This document shows, one piece after another, positions 29,560 to 47,864 of a DNA stretch of 64,000 nt (its first letter is position 1; every line of letters begins with the position of its first letter). This stretch comes from Blastocystis sp. Blastoise. Its lineage: Eukaryota; Protista; Bigyra: Opalinata. The notes under the pieces are model-generated. The model was not told where the DNA came from. It ran no database searches and was given only the letters and a program-made list of their open reading frames with translations. The stretch spans positions 1,318,072 through 1,382,071 of the forward strand of contig JBBPEB010000005.1 in assembly GCA_039096225.1 (NCBI GenBank). Reading direction: 5' to 3'. Both the position numbers and the translations under genes were made by a program.

Positions 29560-32500
29560 AATTATTAAAGAAAGTGTTTGCCACCTGTATAGTTGTAATA
29601 ATGTATTTTTATTTGATACTCGAAAACTTAATTATAATTATATTTTTATTTATTTATATTTATAGTTTATTGGCAATACCTGACGTTATTAGACTATGAT
29701 CTAGTTGTGATGAAACAGGAAGAAATATGTTCGACAAAGTATTGTAAATGTTGATAATTATTATTATTTATATATAGGTTAATCATAATTGGAATGATTC
29801 AGAACAATCTCACAAGGTATACAAACAGTTCTAAATCAAAATAAATTTAAAAAAAAAACAAAAAAATGAGAAAATGGGAGATCATTTCTTTTTGTATATA
29901 TTTATTGTTTTATATTATTTATTTATTTTAGTTTAGAATATCGAAATTAATACTTTAATGTCATTCTGGTGTCTTGAATGTTCTAAATTATAAAACAAAC
30001 AAAATCTTCAAAAATTCTTATAGGTAAATATCTATATACATATATATATTTATTTTATTTTGTTTTTTTTATTTAATTCATATGTTTATTATATTAATCT
30101 AATTATACTAGATATAAATATATTGAAAATAGTTGTTTTACATTATATCTACTGTTAGTTTGGTAATTCAATATTTTATTATATATGTATAAAATTTATT
30201 TATTATTTCAATACTTTTTTATATATATATTTTTTGTTATTGTATTTTTAATCTTATTTATTTCCTATATAGGAAATTTTAATTAGAAAATAATGTTTAA
30301 AACAATTTTAATTAAATATTATGGTATATTAAAATATTTTTATTATTATTAAGAAGAATATATATATATATATATATTGTTTTTATTTAATATATATGAA
30401 TATATTTATATTTATTTATATTTAGGTTCAGATCGTATTATTATATATATAAAGAATAACAGAGAAATATAAAAGAGAGATTAGTAGTCTTGTAACTTGA
30501 ATTCTTATAGTATATATATATTTAGTTATTTATATTATTTGCTAAATTTATTTATATTATTTGTTATTTATTTATTTGTATTATTTGTTATTCATTTATA
30601 TTCTACAGTCATATAAAAAGACTAGTAAGCAGGAATACCTATTATGTGACTCACTCTATAGATTACTAGAGGTATCTATAAGAAAATAGTTTATATATAT
30701 ATATATATATATTATTAATTTTTATTTATGTTATATTTTTTTATTTATTTGTTATTAATTTATTTATTATTAATTTATTTATATTATTAGTAATGTTATT
30801 ATAGTTAGTATCTATATATTCTCCATATATAATTGTTGTTATTCTATATAAATCGTTATATATATATAAATGCTACTAATACTATATTCTAGATTTATTT
30901 TCATTTCTTTCACTCCTCCTCTTCACCATCTTCGTATAGTTATATATATTTTTTATGTCTCTCCAGAATATGTAATGTTTTCAACATATATATGTATATG
31001 TATATTATATTATTATAATTATTATTTTTTTTTTCTTTTTTAAATGATATCATTTATATATATAGGAATAGAATATAATTCTATATCTTCTTATATTTTT
31101 CAATTTACTCAAGAATGAATACTTTAACATATTTATTATATATAAACGTAAACCATTCAGATTTCCATCGGAATTAAGTCTACTGACCTTTTATGTCTTA
31201 CGAAAAATAATATATTTTGTTGATTTACTATTAATACTTTTTTCTGTATAAATACAGAAGGATTAGAAAAACAATAACAAGTTTATAATTATAAGTATAT
31301 AAACATATTATGATTATAATTATTGATATAATTATCTCTTACTTCAATCTATTTTATTATTACTCTTTTTTCTATTCGTTGTGTATCTATTTATATATAT
31401 ATATATAGGTATCGATTTCTATTCTAGACATCTCTCTCTCTTCCTCTCTAATAAACTCTTTATATTCCTGTTATTCACCTTGTCATGTTGATTCTATATT
31501 AGTTTCATTGCACAAGATTCATCTGTGTTCCAGAACATACTTAAAACTGTAGAATCTTTCAGTGATAATAATCAATATTTTTTTTATAAATATATATTAT
31601 TGAAAGAAGTTAAGATCATATTGAAAAAGTATATTTATATATATATTTATAATTATAATATTATATATATATAGTATAGAACAGTAATTAATTAATTACC
31701 TTTTTTCTTATACCCAAGAAAATATCTGTGTTTCTTTTTGTTCTACAGATATATTATATATCCGATGATTTTATACAATAGAAATATCTTTATGGATATA
31801 GTAATGTTATTAATTATAAATTGTATATATATATATATAGTTCCTATTAGTTAATAAATTTGTTTTCTCTTAAATTATCGACTTGCTTATTTACTGTTTC
31901 TGAAGAATTCTTTCTTTCTAAGGTGACTCCTATGAATATAACATTATGAAATACTATTATTAATTATATTCTAGGTAACTTCTATATTATTAAGTATATA
32001 TATTTATTGTTTTTATTCAGTATTATTTATCTATTATATATAGATCTGATTCTTCTATAATGAAGATATTGACTACTATAAAATGGTTTCCTAATAATTT
32101 TAATAAATTATATATACCTAATAGAATTATATAATCTTATGGATATCTCTATGAAAACATTATTATCTGAACTATATCATCCTTTTCGATATATTAATGT
32201 TTTATTATCAGTATGTATCTGATCTATTAGGAATTAATTAAATTATACATATAAATAGTTATTTAAGAATATGTTATAATGTAGATGATAAATTTAACAA
32301 GATAATAAAAAAATAATAATAAAGAAAATATTGATTGATATATACAACTATATAATTTATTATTATGTTATTTAAATAAAGAATAAAATAGGTTTTTAAT
32401 TTCTTCAAATTCAAAAGGTTTCCTTTCATTTTTCTATGGGAATGAAGGAAAAAAAGAGTATCTATATCTGTGTGCTGAATAATTCTTAAAAAAACTTAAA

Positions 32501-33600
32501 GAAGTATATATAAGTTATTATTGTTATTATTTTATGTTTATTATATTATATATATATATTCTAGAATCCATTTATTAATATATATTCTACTCCTCTTTCT
32601 TCTATATCACAATCAAAATCTACTATAACTACATTATTCTATGATTTAAATGAAAATATTTATATGAATAATTGTTGGTTAGCTTCTTCAAATTATTCTA
32701 TTATTACTAAAAAAACAAGTATATATATATAGATATATATATATTGTATTTTATATAATTATTTTCTGATCTTATTCAATCATTATAATTAGCAACTCAA
32801 TTTTCTTAAGAAATATTATTAAAATAATTAATATGTATTAATTTACTGTATAAAAAAAGAATTACTCTTAAGATTTATTGAAATCAATTAAAAATATATG
32901 TGTAACTATATATGAACAATTATTTACTATTAAGAATGAATCTACTAAACCTACTCTTCTTCCTCTAGAACTAATTTCAGATATATAAAAATTGGGTCCA
33001 TTCATCTTTCTAATGTGAATATATTTATTATTATAACTAAACAATAAATACTGGATTCTATTAAAGAACTATTAAATAATATAAAATGAATTAAAACTAA
33101 TATAAAATTTAGAAGAATATATTCTGGTTTCATATCTCCTTTAGAAACTAATTATTTATTTATATATAAAGTTTTTATTATTATATACATATATTGAACA
33201 ATTAAAAGTATTGAAAAGTCGAAATAATATTGGAAATAAGATTATAGACAAGTATATATATTTATATTATTATAATTATTATATATATATATATTATATT
33301 GTTATTGATGTATATATTTAGATATTAATACATACAAAGATAAATAGAATGATACTATTTCTTCCTTTGATCTTTTGGTTATTCTCTTTATATGTTGTTA
33401 ATTTTTGTTCTTTCGAATTCGAAGAGTATTATTTTGAATGTTTTTGTTTAATTATATCTTCTATTATATATTATTATTAAATTAATCATATATATTATAT
33501 CTATAAACTTATTTTTTTTATAGTCTAAGTATTTTATTAAATTATTCACTGAATTATACTATAATAGATAAGAATGAATTTAATGATAAAAATAAATAAT
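29560..33600 (+). pseudogene. Decayed multi-exon gene of unknown family
   Basis: Regular GT-AG intron relics separate exon-like segments (e.g. RKPFRFPSELSLLTF, FIAQDSSVFQNILKTVESF, FLISSNSKGFLSFFYGNEGKKEYLYL) with frequent stops. No ORF of 60 aa or more. Confidence 0.5.
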
Positions 33601-35849
33601 AATGAGATAATCAATAGGAGTAATAAACATATATTTCTAAAGGAAAAATAGTCTATGCTATATATATTCTTTAATAAGTTCTTTTATATCTTTACAACAT
33701 ATATATAATTACTATTCTATATTATTACTCTTTTTTATTATTTACTAAATAATATATATATATTCGTTTATACTATTATTTTTATTTCTTCTTGTAATTA
33801 ATATCATAAGAATATAAATTAGTTTATTATTAATGTTTCTACCTAAATAACTAATAGTTTTCTATATATATAGTTTTGTTTATAATAATAATATTTTTTT
33901 TTACACTTTTATTTCTATTAATATTCTTTAAATTGATTTATTTAAAACATAGTTCTTTACACATTTATTTCTATGAGTATGTAAAAATAAGAAGAGTTAT
34001 ATTTTTATAAATAAAAAATATTTTTAAAGAATTAGTAAATCAGTTTGTGAAACTATATCAGATTAAATATTTTCTTATTTTAAATGATATAATTATTGTA
34101 ATAAAATATTATATAATCATTATAGTATCTCGATTAAACTCAATATAGTTTTTATTTCATTTGTTATTGATTTTTATTCTTTCAATAACCTAATATCACT
34201 TGTCATAACATAAATATAAATATCATAATAATTATATTATGAATATACAGTGATATTTGAACTATGCTGATTTTTTTAGTATTCAATCATTCAAGAGAAA
34301 AAAAAGGAGAAATCATCATAGGATAGAATTTTCAGAGTTTTCGTATATATAAAAAATTTATACATATTTTAGGGTTAGAGGTTAGATTATTATTTGACAT
34401 AAAAGTTTTTCACATAAATTATTTTATTTATTATTTTTTTATGTATTGTTTTTTGTTGACTTATAATGGTATGTATCATTATTTTTTTATATACTTTATT
34501 ATATAGCTATCATTTATGACTTAAATAAATAGGAGACGAACACAATTTTTTCTCTTGGATTAAGATATGTTCTTATTTTACTATTTATCTACTCTCTATA
34601 GTTATAACTTTGTTTTTGGTGCTCTACTGATCAGAAATGACTTACTTTGAAATGTATGCTTTAAATATTTTTATATAATAGTTATAGTTGGCTTCTTTTA
34701 GCTGGTGATCCTTGAAGTGTAATCATTGATTGATGTGCGTGTTTAATATATATTATTTATAATTATTTTTTTATTCCTTTTTATTTTAAACTGTATATAG
34801 TTTTTCAGAATAATCATATAATTGAAGATAAGATGATGTTTGATGTGTTTATATAAGGTGTATAATTTATTATTATTAAATTATCAATATTTTTATAATT
34901 ACATTTTTATAGTCTTTAAAAATGGTCAAAAAACGACACTCTCCATGAATACTAAACCTATAATAAAAAATCTATGTTAGTTTATTAATTATTTATGTAT
35001 TCTTTTTTGTTAGTTTATTATTTTTCTGTTTATAATACTATTAAATGAAAATGAGTTTCTTTGGGATTAAAAAGGATATTAATTAAATATGAAATGACTT
35101 ATTAAACCCTTTTATATATCATTAATACCCATATTATGTTAATTAAATAATATATATGTTTTATTTCTCGTGAATTTTTATTTACTTAGCGTTAGAACCA
35201 AATACATTTCTGAAATTGCTTCTTAAAAAAATATTGGGTCTGATAGTGGTGTCATATACGTTATTTGGTGTTGACTCTAGAGTCACAATGTGATTTTTTA
35301 TTTCTATTTGTGTTTTTCTAGAGGCTCATAGTAATCAGACTAATGGTTATTTAAAAAAAGAAAACAAAAAAATATCTATTAGTGAAAATGGTCTATATGT
35401 CAAAGAATCTATATAAAGTAAAATAATTAAAAAATAATATTAATGTTGTATAGTGATCACTTATAAGGAAATAAAAAAAAACTAATTTTTCTTTTAAATT
35501 ATGAATAGTAAATAAATAATTCTATGAAATATTTCGAATTATATAAAAAGTTAAATAAAAATAATTTAAAAATTTTAATTTGCTATTTTTTAGATATAAA
35601 TAAAATTAATATATGAAAAAAATAAAATTTTAAAAGAAAACATTTTTGTAATTCTTGTTTTGGAATAGATTTTAGTGTCATAAATTCATTTTTAATTATG
35701 TGTTATATATACATATAAGTTTTATATATATTATTAATGATAATCCAAAATTAGTAATATTAAAGAATTATTTATCATATATAGATAATCATAATCATAA
35801 TTTTTTCTTATTTTTATTATATAAATAAATATTAATATAAAATATAATA

Positions 35850-38640
35850 TTTATTTTTATAGATATATATTATTATAATTTTATTATGTATAGTTTTAAA
35901 ATAGATTATTATTAATTAGAAATACATATATATATAAGATATTAAAAGAAATTATTCTTAGAGTGATAAATTTCTTTTTTTATTAATAAAATATTTTAAC
36001 TAATTCTTAAAATATATAAAACATTGTAGTGTTATAAATTTAAATAAAAATTTATATTAAATGATAATACGTAGAAAATACATATGTGTTGATATAGAAT
36101 TATAATAGATTCAAATATTATATTTTAATTTATCATATTATTATAAAAAATATATAAATTGTTTTATAAAATATTTTTTATATATTTTAATGTCAATGAA
36201 TTATTTTTATTAAATGAATTTATAATTTATATTTATAAATATAATTATTTAGTTAATATAATATTTATTATAATGTTAATGATTTTAATGATATTGAAGC
36301 ATTAATAAATAAAAGATAAGAATTATGTATTAAATTATTTATTTATATAATGAATTAAATATTTTTAAAATGATACTCACATTCATTTATTTATAAATTA
36401 TTTTTATATTTTATTTATTCATTTGATATTCTATTAATAATATGGAATTCAAAATATATTTGATAATAAATTATTCATTGAATAAGATATTTGTTTTTTA
36501 TTAAGATTAAATGAATTTTTTATTATTTTTATGTAGTTTAATTATTTAATTATTTATTTTATTTATAAAAATGGATTGAATTATGAATAAGTTATATTAA
36601 TATAAAAGAATTCATTTAAATGTGATAATAGAAATATTTTTTAAATATAAATTATATTTGTATATTTATGTATTGAATAAATATATTAATAAAATATAAA
36701 TGAAATAGTTTTTTGAATATATAATATATATATATATTTATTAAAAATAATTATTTCCAAATTAATTTATGATAATATTTTATATTATAATAGTTATTTT
36801 ACATTTAATATGATGAATTGTATTTAATAATAATCATTGTTTTATAATAAATAATATTTTAAATAATTTTATTAAAATAATATAGAAAATATTACAAACA
36901 AATATATTTATTAATTAATAAGAAAAATTTTAATTAATAAATATATATGTAATTTTAAAATGAAAATAAATATTGATTTATGATTGATATTTAAATTAAA
37001 AAATTAAAATAATGAAAATGATTTAAAAATATAATTTTCATTAAATATTAATATAAAATTCTATTTAAATAATTGAATAATAATAAATTAAAGTTATATT
37101 TTATATGAATTAATCAATTGATGAAATAAAATTGCATTGAAATTGTTTAGTATTAGAAATATTCTTATAAATAATATTACTTTTTATTTATACATATATA
37201 TAATAATGAATGAAGATAATTATATATATATATATGAATTCATTATATATGTAAATATATCTATTTGAATAATAGAAAAGATGTTATTAAAATTTATAGC
37301 TTGTTATATATATATAAAATTATTTATAATATATATTAAGAAATTATATTAGTTTTTAAAATGTATAAATATATAAATTAGAAAAAAGAATGAAAATGAT
37401 ATATTATAAATTTATTTCTGATTGTATGAAAATATATTATTTATAATGAATAATTCAATTAGTAATGAATGCTTTAAGAATATTTATGATATGCATTAGA
37501 ATTATGTTAATTAATGTTGATAAGATAGAATAATAATGAATATATGTATATATATACATATAATTACAAATAATTATAAAATATTAATTTTTTTAATAAC
37601 AAACACTATATTTTTTAGAATTGATATGCTTGGTATTTATATATGAGAAAGAATAGAGTCACATGACAATTAATGAATGATATAGAATTTATGAATAATT
37701 CGATTTATTACTATAATATTTATAAATAATCTTGATTGTTAATAGAAGAAGCTTAATTTATATATAAAACAAAATTAGGTAGAATAAATAGTAGCTAAGA
37801 GTCTAATATGACAAATAAGTGTAATGTTTTGTTCTAGTATAGGTGTATGTAAGTCATATAGATAATAATGAGTACCTAGGAGTATATAGGAGACTTGATA
37901 AGTCATTAATAACAAAAAAATTAATAAGTAATCATTTTTATATATAATGAAGTATTTATGAAATTTATGACTTTTTGAGTATAATTTGATGAATAATCGT
38001 GATTATGTTCTAAACTTGATTATATATATATAAAATGATATATTTATGATTATTGAAGAGTTCTAGAGTAAAATTGAATAAATTCCCGTGATTATTTTTG
38101 AAAGTTGATGATTTTAAATATAATGATACATTTATGATTATTTATGTTATCCAAAGTAAAATTTTGTAGATAATCATGATTATTTTTGAAAGTAAGATCT
38201 ATTAAAAAAAAATGATAGAGTTATGTATATATATGATGTATAGAGTGTTATATGGGATATTTCAGTAATTTTTTATAAAATTTTTATATTTTTATACAAA
38301 AGAATAGACTTATGTATATTATAAGTCATATAGGTTTTGTGTAACATATTTAAGTAGTATTTTATGAGAGTCGAGTATTTTATGCATCATGATAATATTA
38401 TGATTATTTATGACTTATAGAGTCTTATTTGATAAATTTCCATGATTATTTTTGAAAATTAATAATCTGTACATAAGATGATATATTTATGGTTATTTAC
38501 GACTTCTAGAGTATAATTTAATATATTCCCGTGATTATTTTTGAAAGTAAGATATTTTCATAGATAACAAAATACTTATGCATATATATGAGGTATAGAG
38601 TGCTATGTAATATACCTTAGTGTCTCTTTTAAAAACTAAG
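35850..38640 (+). repeat. Internal diverged copy of the terminal subtelomeric block (direct repeat of ~59150-61890)
   Basis: Colinear matches, e.g. 36083 tatgtgttgatatagaat vs 59368 tatgtgttaatataaaat; 36205 ttttattaaatgaatttataatttatattt vs 59487; 37874 acctaggagtatat vs 61147. Confidence 0.85.
37950..38640 (+). repeat. ~88-bp subtelomeric satellite, internal copy (~8 degenerate units)
   Basis: Recurring tttatgattattta...aattcccgtgattatttttgaaa at 88-89 bp spacing (cores at ~37996, 38084, 38172, 38438, 38527). Confidence 0.85.
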
Positions 38641-38656
38641 ATATATTTGAGTCAAA

Positions 38657-38674
38657 TAAGGGTTAGGGTTAGGG
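38657..38674 (+). repeat. Interstitial telomeric seed TAAGGG(TTAGGG)2
   Basis: Lies directly after the internal satellite, in the same orientation as the true telomere. Confidence 0.85.
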
Positions 38675-38815
38675 AAAAAAATATATATTGAGAGTATGTT
38701 ATAAAATGTTATAATATTTTTTAATATTATAAAAATAATTGGAAAAAAAAAAATATATTTATTTTATTTGTTATTTAAAATTGAAAAATTGAAAAATTTA
38801 ATATTTTATTATTGG

Positions 38816-39016
<201 letters not shown>

Positions 39017-39018
39017 TA

Positions 39019-39258
39019 ATTGGATAAAAAGATTTATCCAATAAAAATAGAGTTTTTCATTTCTACAATCATAGAATCGTAGAGTCTACGATTCTACGAT
39101 TGTAGAATATAAGATAATGAATTTGATTGGTAGTCTACAATCGTAGAGTCTACGATTCTACGATTGTAGGATTGTAGGAAAATGAATTTGATTGGCTGTC
39201 TACAATCCTAGAATCGTAGAGTCTACGATTCTACGATTGTAGGATGAAATAAGCCAAT
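39019..39258. promoter_or_regulatory. Array of three palindromes (centres 39084, 39148, 39221) interleaved with five CCAAT/ATTGG boxes
   Basis: TTCTACAATCATAGAATCGTAGA-G-TCTACGATTCTACGATTGTAGAA (23-bp arms, one mismatch) plus two variants. TTTGATTGG at 39122 and 39187, AGCCAATAG at 39252, ATTGG/CCAAT at 39019 and 39038. Function is inferred. Confidence 0.6.
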
Positions 39259-39376
39259 AGAATGAATTAAAATAAAAAAGTCAACCAAAATGTTATTAGG
39301 GTAAAAAAGTGGTTGACCTTTTTGAGAGGCTTTAATATTTTACTTTACTTTTTTTGTTTTTTTTTATAAATTATAA

Positions 39377-40100
39377 TGGTAATTCTTTTATTTTTATTTA
39401 TTTAATGAATTCTATATATTTATTTTTATTTTTATAATGAAATATTATTTATATTAAATAATAAATAGACGCCATTCTTGTCTTGAGTTTGAATGTGTAG
39501 CTATTTATAGTGTTAGGATACTTGTGGTTTGCTGAAATGTGGTGCTATTCATGGATCTGTTTGAATTACTACGTTTGAAAAGGTTTAAGGTAAGAATGGG
39601 AAGATTTTAATTATGGTATATATTTTATTTTTATATTATATCATACTATATTATTGATTGTCTTATTATATAGTTGAAAGTGATGTTTATGAATGAAAAT
39701 TCATAACATCACTTTTTCCCATTGTCTTTGTAGTGTCGGTTTTGGTACTTATGATGATAAACTATGTTCTACGATGATTTTGGATCATTTATGTTGTCTT
39801 AGTATCATTGGAATACTTTTTAAGGTATATATTATATTAGACAATTGTGGTGATTATGTATAAATATTTTATATTATATAGTTATTTTTATATAGAAAGT
39901 ATATATAGGATGAGTTGAGTGTGTTTAATGAAGTATTGAGTCTTCTTTGTAAGCATTAGGTATAGAAATGATTAAAATAGGTAAAATAAAATATAACAAA
40001 AATTCAAAAATTTCTAAACTATTCTTTCAACTAGAGGGTGTTTAACCCTTTAATAAGGTATATATTATTTATTTTATTATATATTATTATTATATAGGTT
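39377..40100 (+). pseudogene. Decayed multi-exon gene, probably a membrane protein
   Basis: Intron relics and hydrophobic exon frames with stops (AILVLSLNV*LFIVLGYLWFAEMWCYSWICL; KFITSLFPIVFVVSVFG). Confidence 0.4.
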
Positions 40101-41359
40101 GGTTGTGTATTGGATATATATATAATATATAATAAAAATGAAAAAATGATAATAAAAAAAGAAAAATTGATTGAATATGTTTTTAATTTTTTATTTTAAA
40201 ATTTAATTTTTTTATATCATAAAATAGTTTTTATCGTATAATATGAATACAATCAATATGAATTAACATATAGATACTATTTAAATAAATAAAAGTTTAG
40301 TTTAAAGACATTTTGTAAAAAACTATGAATTCACTCATGTTGACTTAAATAAACAAAAATAACTTTTATGAAGTTATTATAGACTAATAAGCATGTGTGT
40401 ATGATAATAACTTGTTTTAAAAACAAAATAGTTTAATAATGTTAAGAATTGTGTGTATAAAAGAATATTTTAAAGAAAAGTGTCACAGAATATTAATAAT
40501 AGAGTACTAAAGTCATTAAAAAGTTGAGTCATGAACAGTTTGAAGATAGTTGAATGAGAGACTTTGACAAGATTTGTTTAAAATACTTTATAAAAACATG
40601 TTAAATGAATTTATAAAGTGATTATTAATAATAATTAAACATAATAATAACTTTAAGAAAATAATAAATAAGAATGAGAAGATAATGTTTTAGTAAAGTA
40701 TAAAATAAAAAATATATATGATGACTAGAGATGATAATGAGTATAAAAATGAATAAATAATGAATATTAAGAGTATCTAAATAATAAATAAATAAAAAGA
40801 AGAAGTTTGAAATGAGAGATAAAGTTCTTATTGTAATTTTTCTTTTTATTCTTATTTTATTATTTTTAAATAACATATATTATTATTTTCAATTAAAATT
40901 GATACTATTCATTGAATAATAGTCTATAGTATACACTAGTATGACTAAAAGTTGAAAAATAGAATAAAATATTTTTTAAGAATGGATGAATTGTGTATCA
41001 AAATAGTTATGTAGTATGTTTACAGTAGTTTAATATGTTATAATGAATATTTATAATTGAAAAAATATAATAAATTAACTTATTTTATATAAAAATGTTT
41101 CAATTACTGGTGTTGAAGTGTTGATATACAAGTATTACGATAGTATTTGTATTAAGAGTTGTAAATAAAGGTAGAAAAGAAAGAAATATTAATTAGAAGA
41201 CTATATTACTATTTGAAAATTTTTTAATTTTTGTAAATACAAAGAGATTTCTTGATGATTAAATAATTGAAGATAACTATATATATTACATAATTGATTA
41301 GATAAACATTTGAATTCTATATATATAGAATAATAATTATAAATTAAAAGAATAGAATA

Positions 41360-41429
41360 ATTTAAGTCAGGAATCGAACCTGATATATATATAATATTTA
41401 TATATTCTATCCATTTATAGAAATTAAAT
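41360..41429 (-). ncRNA. tRNA-like cloverleaf with AT-only anticodon arm (nominal anticodon AAT but no U33)
   Basis: ATTTAAT TT CTAT AAATGG ATAG A ATATA TAAATAT TATAT ATATA TCAGG TTCGATT CCTGA CTTAAAT. Perfect B-box GGTTCGATTCC; TTTT about 10 nt downstream. Confidence 0.6.
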
Positions 41430-41540
41430 ATTAAAATAATAATATATTTTAATATATTGAATTCATCTTCTATATATATATATATATAATATAATTATAA
41501 TATAAAAATTAATTATAAAAAGAATATAATAAAATAAAAG

Positions 41541-41602
41541 ATTTAAGCCAGGATTTGAACCTGTATATATATATATATATCCATCCATTATGGAGCTTAA
41601 AT
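41541..41602 (-). ncRNA. tRNA-like element with anticodon arm replaced by (AT)8
   Basis: ATTTAAG CT CCAT AATGG ATGG (AT)8 ACAGG TTCAAAT CCTGG CTTAAAT. Perfect 7-bp acceptor stem and B-box, immediately followed by CTTTTATTTT. Confidence 0.6.
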
Positions 41603-41689
41603 ACGATAAACAAAAGTAATTATAAGTATATATGAATAGAAAATAATATATATATATATAAAATTATAGAAAAACACAATAAAAGTTAC

Positions 41690-42640
41690 AAGAAAGGAAT
41701 ACCAATGTGAAAGGAAAAAAAAGGGAAATATTAGAATAAAAAAAAGATTATGTATAAATATATATATATATATATATATACGAAAGCAACAAAGCTATTA
41801 ATACACCAAGAGAACAAAATACATAATAAATAAAATATATATTATATAAAATAGTTAATAAAAATAATATAAAATAGTATAATGAACCACATAAATATGT
41901 AAATATAAAAAATAAATATATAATAGATAAAGACAAATATAATAAAAAAAAAATAAAAATATAATATATATATTTACATAAGATACCTAAAATTGTAACC
42001 CAATTCATCTCAAATAACATTACAAGACTATAAACAAGACAAAGAATCCAAATAGAAGCAAAAGAAGAAAAATATCAAGCACAATGGAGACGATGATCAT
42101 CTCTTTGATAACAAAAACTATATATAAATACTGTATATAAATAAATAAGATGATAATAAATATATTTATAATAATATAAAAGTAAATAAAGAATAAAAAA
42201 TAATAAAAAAAAAGAAAAAATAAATAAATAAAAATATACAGGAAAAAGGATATTTTTGATAAAGAAGAGATCATTGAGATGACACAGAAAGCCACAAAAG
42301 AACACCATACATGTTTGGAGACCAGCAATATAAAAAAAAATGAAAAAACACAACCCATGATAGGTGAATTAACCCTTTAGACTATATAAAAAATAATAAA
42401 ATGAATAGAATGAATATATAAATACCTTGTAGATTGTTTGAACACATTAAAACCAACAAGAAAGGAAACCAACACAGAGAATACCCATCAGGGTTACTAA
42501 CAAAAATTTCTAAATAAATAGGTAATATTAAATAACTAATAAAATAGAATACATACCATTTTAAGCACTTTTTGAAGAACAGCAAAAGGAATGGAGATTT
42601 TGAAGAATGGAGAGACTACAAGACCTAAGAATGAGACAGC
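41690..42640 (-). pseudogene. Multi-pass membrane protein (transporter-like) pseudogene
   Basis: Spliced frame VSFLGLVVSPFFKISIPFAVLQKVLKM|KFLLVTLMGILCVGFLSCWF*CVQTIYK|SKGLIHLSWVVFF..., with in-frame stops and a frameshift in a T-run. Confidence 0.5.
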
Positions 42641-43499
42641 TAGGAGATATAGAGATAATAAATAGATAACATACATAATTAATTAAAAAGATAAAGTTTT
42701 GATAAATATATAAGATAAATAAATAATGAAATTTGAAATTGTTTTTATTGAAGACAAAAGAAAAGTGTCATTATAAATAAGAATCACGATTTCATGAATG
42801 GATCTCGTTATAATTTGAATAAATTTTATGTTTTTTTTAAAACTTGTTTTTTAAAAATAGTTTTTCTTTAGATAATGTGTTGTTTTAAATATAAATGTGT
42901 TTTTGAATGTTTATAATAACTCAAGATGTAAACATTATTAGTAAATTTATTTTATTGAATTATTTTATAGATAAAAAAATAGTGATCCGTGACAAAAAGC
43001 TTTAATAAAGAGTATTTAGCATATATTATAGACTTATAAAGCAATTCAAGATGAAAATGAGTTCAAATATTGTTTAATTATTGATATTAAGAGATAAAAA
43101 GGTGATGTTTATAATTGTATTTCAAATGAGTTTATTGAGTTTATATTGAGTTGATAGAGCTTATGCTTGATAGAATAGAGTTGATTTAGATTTATTTATT
43201 ATTAAACAGTGAATGGATTGACAATGTTAACTTTTTATTGATTAAATGATTATAAATTGTGTTTAAAATAGTATATAGAGATAAAAAAATAAAAAAATAA
43301 TTTATATTATAATGATATTTATAAAAGAATATTAAAAATGTAAAACACAGATCGTTGTTTTATTCGTTTACGGTAAAAGTTAAATGAATCCGTATAATTT
43401 TATTTTAATTCTTGAAATATAGAAAAAATTGACACTTGGTCTTTGATTTATTTTTTTTTTAAGTTATGTGTTGCTGTGATGCTTTATTCAGATTGAATA

Positions 43500-47820
<4,321 letters not shown>

Positions 47821-47864
47821 ATATATTATTATTATTTTTTCTTTTTGATATGTATATATAATTT

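Noticed and set aside
39061-39243. CRISPR-like repeat-spacer array
   Set aside because: Eukaryotic context, the 'spacers' are similar to each other, and there are no cas genes. The same applies to the 88-bp satellite.
42245-42253. ATATCCTTT U12-like donor in the membrane pseudogene
   Set aside because: A GT donor follows a few nt later and no TTCTT(T)AAT..AC acceptor is present.
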